From Octopus bimaculoides (lineage: Eukaryota): a stretch of DNA of 64,000 nucleotides. Location of the stretch: NCBI RefSeq assembly GCF_001194135.2, contig NC_068984.1, positions 56,101,875 to 56,165,874 on the forward strand, read 5' to 3'. The position numbers and the translations under genes are program-made. Below are positions 55,436 through 64,000 of the stretch, piece by piece; position 1 is the stretch's first letter, and each line of letters begins with the position of its first letter. A model generated the notes under the pieces. The model did not search any database, was not told the origin of the DNA, and saw nothing but the letters and a program-made list of their open reading frames with translations.

Positions 55436-57274
55436 ATTGCTTATTTTATTCTTCCCTCTCTACCATCAAGCACCATTTCATAACGTTATTTAGTCAGGTC
55501 GTCTCATTCACTTTAATCACTCATATACGTATATTCTCCAAAAGCAGTAATCTTTCTTATCTGTAGAACTCAACACATCTAATACCCAACTATTCTTTTC
55601 CTACTCACCATCATTCAGAAACATTTTACACATTCTGTATTGATGCTTACAAATTGGCAGCACTGCACTGCACTGACCTTTAGTCTAACAGTTTCCAAGT
55701 GTAAATTGACAGGTGTAGAACACTTGAATCCCCCGCCAGTCATGTCATGGTTCTTGATTAGACTAGCAACCATGTCTAAACAGTTATATACCATTCTCAA
55801 ACAGTAGAACTTGTAAAATTACTGTAATAACTACGTATAGATGTCCTTGACTTATGTAGCTTCTGATGTATTCAACAGCCACAAACAGTCCTTGAAGTTA
55901 TCTTCATGTATTTAGACATTTCTTGTCTTCCTTTTCACTGATGCCATTAAATATTTCTTCCTGAGATCAATAAATGGATCTCACTATGTAGAGGTGTGGA
56001 GGGGTATTTGGTTTTCTTTTGCTACTGATTATTCAAAAGATGTATAGATATTTTATGTATTGAGTTCAGCTAACATACAATCCAGCTTCTCAGGTAATGC
56101 TTTCTCTTTTTCCTGCTGTAAATGGATTATCTGTTTTAGCTCATTCTGTGAGTCTGCTATTAGAAAAAGAAACTAACGGAATAAAGAAAATGAATATTTA
56201 TTTCAAAAAAATTTATTTTAACAATATGGAAAAGGAATTTTTTTTTATAAATGCTATGTCATTGCTATTTTTCTGATTGCTGCTGGCTTATTAAAAAGTA
56301 AAATAAGAAATGAACATCATGTTTTGAGTTTAAATTAATTAACATAATAATGTTAGCTTATGAGAAAATAATCAAAGAGGAGAGAAATGCAAGTAGTAAA
56401 AGTAGACATTCCTAATAAGAGACAAATATAAAGATTTATTAATTAAATCTAAGAACAGGCTGATTCAGTAAATATTTGAAAACTCCAAGTAGGTGTTTCA
56501 TAAAATAGGTTTTATGACGTATATATTCTTCTTAGGTTGAATTTGATTTTATAAAACAGATATAAATTACATATACTTGTATTATTTACCCATTGTCATG
56601 TTAGCATTTCAATAATTTATTGTCAAATTAGGAAGGACATCCAGCTATAGAAACTGTACCGAAACCGAAACTAGAGCAAGATGTAGTTTTTCAACTCTTC
56701 AACCTGTTAACCTGTTGAACTGTTCAATTCATGCCAGTATGAAAAGTAGATGTAATGATGATGACAACGACAATAAAATTACAAATGAAATTCAATTTTG
56801 TTTCCAAGTTAAATGAAATAGTATATTTGTTAATTCAAAAAGATGATTTTTTTTTTATATATAAATGTACATCTTTTCACTATATTGTACTGTTTCTGGC
56901 CAATATCCATGACTGTTGATAAGGTCCAATTTATTAAATTGCTTTTGATAATAAGAGCATTGTATAATGGATATTTGTTAAGTTAGTTTGCAATTTCTTA
57001 AGCTACAATCCTCCTGAAGGGCAACATGGGGAAAACAGATGCCTAACTCTGTGAGAAAACTGTATTTCAACTGTATTCTTTGTGACTTAGGATTTAGGAT
57101 GAACTCTAATACATATTATTGGACACCTTATACTGATTGTCATTTAAAAGAGAAAGATGTCAGCTGGTGATAAAAAAAAGACAGCAGTCTTTCTATTGTT
57201 AATCTATAAAATGACATCGCCAATATAAGATCAGTACATGTCACAGTCACATATGTTTTACAGTTATGTATATA

Positions 57275-58545
57275 CTATAAAAACCCATGTAGTTTATGCA
57301 CTTTTTTTGCAAAAATAGAAATAAACTTTAGTGGGTGTGTAAATTACATAAGTAGATTGTTTCCAGAATTTTGGGGGAAATTTTTTTGTTAATAAAAGAC
57401 ATACAAAACGTAAACATTTGAACCAGAAATTGACTCATTTAATGTCTGAATAAGCTTTTGCAGAAAAAATAATGGCTTAAATATAATGAAGTTGATGTTT
57501 ATTTATGCTGGATGGTATAATGCTTACTTTCTCTGTATAAATTTACTAAAACCATTAAATGGTTAACTACTTTTTGAAGTCTGATGTTCATGCTGGTAAA
57601 CACGGTCTGAACCATTGCTTGGAGTTTCTACCTATTGCAATGGAGCACCATTGACATACATAGTGATATGGATATTCCTGACTGAAAAAAATGTAATGAT
57701 ATGGATAATCTTGATTGTATGTTTTTGTTTTTGTCTGTTTATTACTGGGCACAGTTTTAAGTTTGTCATACTGCTTACTCCAATTTCGAACATTGGCTTC
57801 ATTAACATTAAAATACCTCCCGGCAGCTCTATTGCCACATTCAAATGCATAATCAACATATTTAATTTCTCCTTCACAGTAAACAATTCATAAGTTCTGC
57901 CCATACTGACAATAACAGTAATGACAAATTTTTAAGTTTGCTTGACATTTTATAAGTGTGAAAGGGATTAAAATTTCTATACTCCATATCAAAGGTTCCA
58001 ACAAGAATAGGCGGAAAAGAATTTTGTTTACATAATCAACTTGGATGATACTTTACTCAACCTCTGTCGGTTGAGTAAAGTATCATCCAAGCTGATGTTT
58101 ATTGGTAATTAAACTTAATTTGCAACACCTGTCATATTCATCAGCTTTGTTTTTGTTGGTAATTCTTAACTTTTCTTGTGATCGTGATTTGAGAAGACAT
58201 ATAGCAGTATGCTAAAGATCGGATATAATCTCTTGTGGGCAAGAAATGTAAAATAAACTTTATTATAAACAACACAAACACTTTGTAATTTAATAGCTTT
58301 CAATGTGATACCTGTTAAACAGAAATTATTTTTATTTAATGACAATTTAATAAAATCTTGTCATAAGTAAGTGAAATTATGCTAAATACAACTGAATTGA
58401 AAACCTTTTTCCCCTGGCTATATCAGCAATTCTGAAAACTTTGGGGTGTGAATTTTACATGAGTAGGAGCCTTTTTTAACAAATTTTATCCTGAAAATCA
58501 CCTGCGTAAATTGCACAGGTGTGCAAATTACATGGGTTTTTATGG
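57275..58545 (-). mobile_element. pogo-like DNA transposon deletion derivative (1.27 kb) retaining only the N-terminal DNA-binding region
   Basis: TA-CTATAAAAACCCATGTAG at the left and reverse complement TA-CCATAAAAACCCATGTAA at the right. Minus strand about 57904..57700 reads MGRTYELFTVKEKLN, then after a frameshift VDYAFECGNRAAGRYFNVNEANVRNWSKQ, a Brinker/pogo-type HTH. Confidence 0.82.
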
Positions 58546-59349
58546 TACATTGAGGAGATACTTAAATTACTTTTCGATGAAACATGATAAGGTGGTACAG
58601 TTGCTTACACCAAGTAAATATCTTTTATGACTTACATCCAAGAGGAAATGATATGAGCACTGGGAGCTCTTATCTTTTTATAATATCTCCAAGAAAGAGG
58701 GGAAGAAACTTCAGCCTAGGGGTTATTGCAGCAAGAAGCAGTGCATTTGTTCCAGTTCTTTGCATTTTGAGTTCTTGCTTGGTATACTTATTCCACTTTA
58801 ACACCAACACCTGGTTCTTGAGTGACTTTAGCAAAGCTCATTTTGTTTTAAGCATTTAAGTCATGTCCCCAGTCTGATGATAACTTCTTCTCTTTCACCC
58901 TTAAATATCAGAGAATCTGAAAAAATGAGTGCTGCCTTATTTTTCTGAATAAACATTTTTTAAAAAAAGGTACATAAGAAGAAGAAAAAATAATGATTAA
59001 TATTACATAAATAAATAAATAAAGATACAAAATGAAGAAATTATACAAACTGACCCAGTTAGAATGTTTGGTTTTAAGTGAGAAATAAATTCTGTTGTTA
59101 GTGGAATTGGTCAACATAACTAATGGAATTAGCACAAACACAGAAAAAAACCAAAGTAGCATCATTAGCAACAAAAGTATTTTTCCTTTGCCTATTCCTT
59201 TCTATTCAACCATTTTCAAACCACTACTGCATGAAGTCATGATATGCTCTGACCAGCTTATCTGTGTTGTTTGTGGGCTTTACCTGTCAAATGCTGGCCC
59301 ATTGCAGGTTGGATGGACGTCCCGTGGTGTGATGCAAACCAATAAAAAG

Positions 59350-59404
<55 letters not shown>

Positions 59405-60382
59405 ATCTGTCAGTCTCTCTGTCTTTCTTTTTATCTCTTTCTCACTCTCCCTATCTGTCTCTCTGTCTTTCTTTCTGTCTGTCTGTCTCTCTGTCTCTCT
59501 CTCTCCCTCACACACACACACACACATACACACATTCATATTTTTGTATGCTTGTATGAACATTGTTTACATGTACTCCCATTAACACCACTTGAGCTAA
59601 AGTTTATTATTTTCAATATATGAGGGGTAGTGGAATAAAAATACCTTACTTGGAAAATGGTTAAGAGTTGACAACATGAAGAGCACATATCCAAAGAAAA
59701 TCTACTTCAACAAATTTCATCTAATCCATACCAGCATGACAAATGGATATAAAAACAATGATGTTGTTGATGTTGATGATAATAATTTTTTAATAGTCAC
59801 TATGCACAAAAGAATTTCATGTTATGCATTTCTTTTTCCTTTTCCTTTTTTTTTTTGTTTTTTTTTATTTTGACTCGTGACAAAAGTTGGTGTGCACTGA
59901 ATGCTTATGCAAATGAGGACTTGAAATAAATTAATTATTCATTGCTATATTATTTTAGGTAACTACTAATTAATGTGCTCATTAATTTCTTCTGTTTGCT
60001 CATTGCAAAATATGAGTGTACATGAATATGTGCACAGTTTAGAGGAGAACAGTGGAATGAAGATGCAAGTTAGAAGTCTGATACAAAGCAGTATGGGTTG
60101 ATATTGCCTTTAGTATTGGATAATATGATATAAAATAGTGCACATGGCACAACATGGAACTATTGTATAGTTTTAGTATCTTTTATCTTTTACATATTTC
60201 AGTCATTAGACTGCGGCCATGCTGGGGCAATGCCTTGAATTTTTAGTCGAATGAATCAACCTCAGTACTTATTGTTTAAGCCTGGTACTTATTCTATCAG
60301 TCTCTTTTGCCAAATCGCTAAGTTACGGAGACATAAACACACCAATGTCGGTTGTCAAGTGGTGATTGGGGGACAAACACAG

Positions 60383-60451
<69 letters not shown>

Positions 60452-60682
60452 ACGGGCTTCTTCCAATTTCTATCCACCAAATCCACTCACAAGGCTTTGA
60501 TCGGTTTGAGGATGTAGTAGAAGATACTTGCCCGAGGTGCCACACAGTGGGATTGGACCCAGAACCATGTGGTTTGGAAGCAAGCTTCTTACCACACAAC
60601 CACTCCTGTACCTATAACATGAAGTATACTTAAGAAGCTTTAATTTAACTGCAACACACTATTTCACCATGGTATAGTGATA

Positions 60683-60748
<66 letters not shown>

Positions 60749-63666
60749 TTCTTTTTTACTTGTTTAAAAATCCTTCAAGGTGGTGCCCCAGCAATGCCAC
60801 ATTCATGCTGAAGCACCACCTTGAAGGGTTTTTAATCAAACAAATCACCCCAGGACTTATTTCTTAAGCTTAGTACTTATTCTATCACTACCCTTTGCCA
60901 GACTGGTGAGTTACGGGGGCTTTAACACACCAACACCAGTTATCAAGTTATCAAGTGGTGATGGGGGGACAAACACAGACGCAAAGACACACACACATAG
61001 ATATGTACATATCTATGTGTGTGTGACAGGGTTCTTTCAGTTTCCCTCTACCAAATCCACTCATATGGCTTTATATACACACAAACATACAGACACAGGG
61101 CGCTCTATAATGCAGAATAGTATGGTATAGAAATAATACAATCATTGTATGACACAGTATGAACTTGTGTTATAGTTTGGGATAACATGATATAGAATTG
61201 CAATATGATACATGCTGCAGTACAGTAATATTAATATATTTTAATCTAGTATGGAGTATGCATAATAATCACTACGCATATGTAAAATAGTAACGATTAT
61301 GCATTCCACATGAGTCTAACACACTTGATATATTGAGTCAAATAAAAAACATGCTTACCTAATTAAAATAGCAAAAAGAACAATCATTAGCTTCAATGAT
61401 TAAATACTCTTCATGAAAGGCATAGACGACCACTCCAATATCTAAATTAATTAAAAATTGTAAGAGGTGGGGCATGTAGTAGGGAGTGATTCTACCAATG
61501 ATTTGGCAATGTTACATATTTTAATATTCTAATATGGTTTTGCCCCAATTTATTGGTAACATCTATTATTAACAACTTGTTTATTGCACATTCAAGTAAT
61601 TCTTTTTAAATTATTGTATAATTTCTTGTTATATTTTGGGATAGTCATTTTTCCTTGATTTTCTGTTTTTGCCAAATAAACACACGCACTATATATTTGT
61701 TCTTCACTCGATTATTACTGTTCTTATTTCATTTTATGTCTATTGTCTCGAAATATCTTGTCACACACCTGTGACCTCTTCAGTGACCCTTTCCATCCAT
61801 GTGTATCTCATTTGCAAGGTTTTCTTCATATACTGACAGAAAATCTTGGATTTTAACCTTCAAGATATTTAATGGAAATCCCAAAGGCAATTCTTTTACA
61901 AGTTTCAGTCAAGAACCATGAGGTTACAATTTATTAATTGAGCATCTGCATGTATAATGTTTATTTTTGTTTGGACACACCATGTCCTAAATAGATGGAC
62001 TCTTATGACTGCGTTGGAGTATCTATCTTCTTTGACTTGCAAAGCAAGATGGTAACCACAAGTCTACACTCGTTTATGCACTTACATATGCACATACACA
62101 AATACAAACATATAGGAACTAGGGGTTCCATCACTTCTGGTGATGTTAAAGAGCACTCAATTACCATCTCAAATATTTCTATGACCTCATACAAAACTTT
62201 TAGCCAGCTCCCTAAATTTAGCACCGCCCTAAAATTGTTTGTTCACATACAACATTTAACTTGTCTTTCTGAAGGATAATGTATGTGGAAAGAGAAACTG
62301 AGGATGCACTCCAACAGTAAATAGAGAGAACAGATCCTAAAATAATCTAAATGTCAATTATGGGCAATGATATGCCAAGACAGCAATCAGAGATAAATAG
62401 AGAAAATGCATTCATAACATTTCATATTCTACTGCAAGCAAAGATAATGATTAAAGAAAAAATGTTTCAGTGACTGGACTATGTTGGGGTAAGAATTTTA
62501 GTTGATCATGTTAACTCCAATATTTACTTATATTATCAATATCTATTTGCTGAGCTGCCAGGTTATAGCACACAACACAAACACATAAATATACACGTGT
62601 AAAAACACATACAAACATACATACATACATACATACATACACATATAGATACATAAGCGTATTTATACACACACAACACACTAACACATCATGCATATGT
62701 ATTAAAATCTTCATCTACTTTACCATGCATGCCTGGGTCAAACATAATTCATTGAGGCTGATTTTTCTTAGCTTTTCTTGTTGACAACTCTCACTTCCTT
62801 CCAAGCAAAGTAATATTTTTCTCTAGTCTGAACAAGTTTTCATAGGAGATCGCAAATAGGTCTCCTTTCAGTTTCACTCACCAAATTCACTCACAAGGCC
62901 CTGGTTAGCTTGGGACCAGAGCAGAAGACACCTGCTCAAGTTGCCATGCAGGGTAACTGAACCCAAAACTATGTGGATGTAAAGTAAGCTTCTCCAACCA
63001 CACTACCAGGTCTGTGTTTGATATATGATTTTGACGTGTGTGTGTGTGTGTGTGTACATATAATGGGCTTCTGCACAGGCACCATCCACTTAAGAGGCAT
63101 TTGTCAATTCAAGGCTAACACATTGTAGAATTGAGCCTGTAACATTGTTGTTGTGAAGCAAAACAATTAATGACATAGCTATACCTGATGCTGATCTAGA
63201 ATTATATTAAGGTGTTCTATGTGAAACGCAATCATCTACTCTTGGAGCAAATATATACTCCTGAATATATACACCAGACTTTGAACATAAAAGTGTTGCA
63301 ACACAGTAGTTAATGATTCAACAAGTAATGAATAAAAGCAAACTGTCATCTGTCTTCCTGACATTTATTGTTTTTACAATGAAATAGGAATTTGTAAAGT
63401 TTATAGGTATTGTAATTGGTAAATTAAAACCGGAACAGAAACTTGATTCACCTCTACTGTATTTCCCTTCTCATGTTTCTTTGATAAAGATTTTTTACCT
63501 TTTTAGCAGATTGTACTTTGTAAATAAGGCAAAGATAATCACTTAGATGTTTTGATCAGGTATTTATACTTTGCTAATTAGCTGAAGACAGTCACTTAAA
63601 TATTTTGACAAAGATTATGTACTCTATAAAAAGGTGAAGATAGTCACTTATCTACTGTGATTCAGT

Positions 63667-63669
<3 letters not shown>

Positions 63670-63698
<29 letters not shown>

Positions 63699-63988
63699 GT
63701 CGTTTAACGTCCGCTTTCCATGCTAGCATGGGTTGGACGATTTGACTGAGGACTGGTGAAACCGGATGGCAACACCAGGCTCCAATCCAATTTGGCAGAG
63801 TTTCTACAGCTGGATGCTCTTCCTAACGCCAACCACTCAGAGAGTGTAGTGGGTGCTTTTACGTGTCACCCGCACGAAAACGGCCACGCTCGAAATGGTG
63901 TCTTTTGTGTGCCACCCGCACAAGAGCCAGTCCAGGGGCACTGGCAACGATCTCGCTCGAAAACCCTACAAAGGCCAGTCAGGCGGTA
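63670..63988 (-). mobile_element. (GAT)n-tailed short retroposon family C
   Basis: On + it reads (CAT)n-cgtttaacgtccgctttccatgctagcatgggttggacg...gctggatgcccttcctaacgccaacc. Other copies (approx.): same orientation 5660..5765, 7505..7700, 10182..10435, 10443..10526, 23745..23995, 28450..28620, 30860..31030, 49170..49360; opposite orientation 21340..21575, 31900..32110, 34330..34610, 34690..34820, 43615..43910, 56635..56770. Confidence 0.85.
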
Positions 63989-64000
63989 TATATATATATA

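Noticed and set aside
41253-64000. Further DPP6/DPP10-like exons
   Set aside because: No segment recognisable as the beta-propeller region was found by eye. The next exon probably lies beyond the window, though a short divergent exon could have been missed.

Overview
AT-rich, microsatellite-dense animal genomic DNA from a gapped scaffold. The SINE repertoire suggests a coleoid cephalopod, most likely Octopus; this is an inference from recalled repeat types, not a database hit. Almost all ORFs in the supplied track are microsatellite or N-gap artefacts. One real host coding exon is clear: 41138..41252 (+), encoding the [18 protein letters not shown] cytoplasmic/transmembrane segment of a DPP6/DPP10-like Kv4 channel auxiliary subunit. 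A phase-compatible candidate first coding exon (MSYAESD, 4372..4392, GTGAGT donor) lies about 37 kb upstream in a CpG-rich patch, so most of the window is probably intron of this gene. The rest is a transposon graveyard: a full-length decayed DD37D maT element with TIRs, two mariner remnants, a pogo deletion derivative, Gypsy integrase remnants (one with an LTR), a Helitron Rep fragment, hAT/piggyBac/mariner/9-bp-TSD MITEs, and dozens of tRNA-derived SINEs. The most unusual observations are a tRNA-headed SINE-like element with a degenerate Penelope-type minimal hammerhead ribozyme, a perfect 97-bp hairpin just downstream of the candidate first exon, and a 350-bp mosaic of locally templated segments next to the transmembrane exon.
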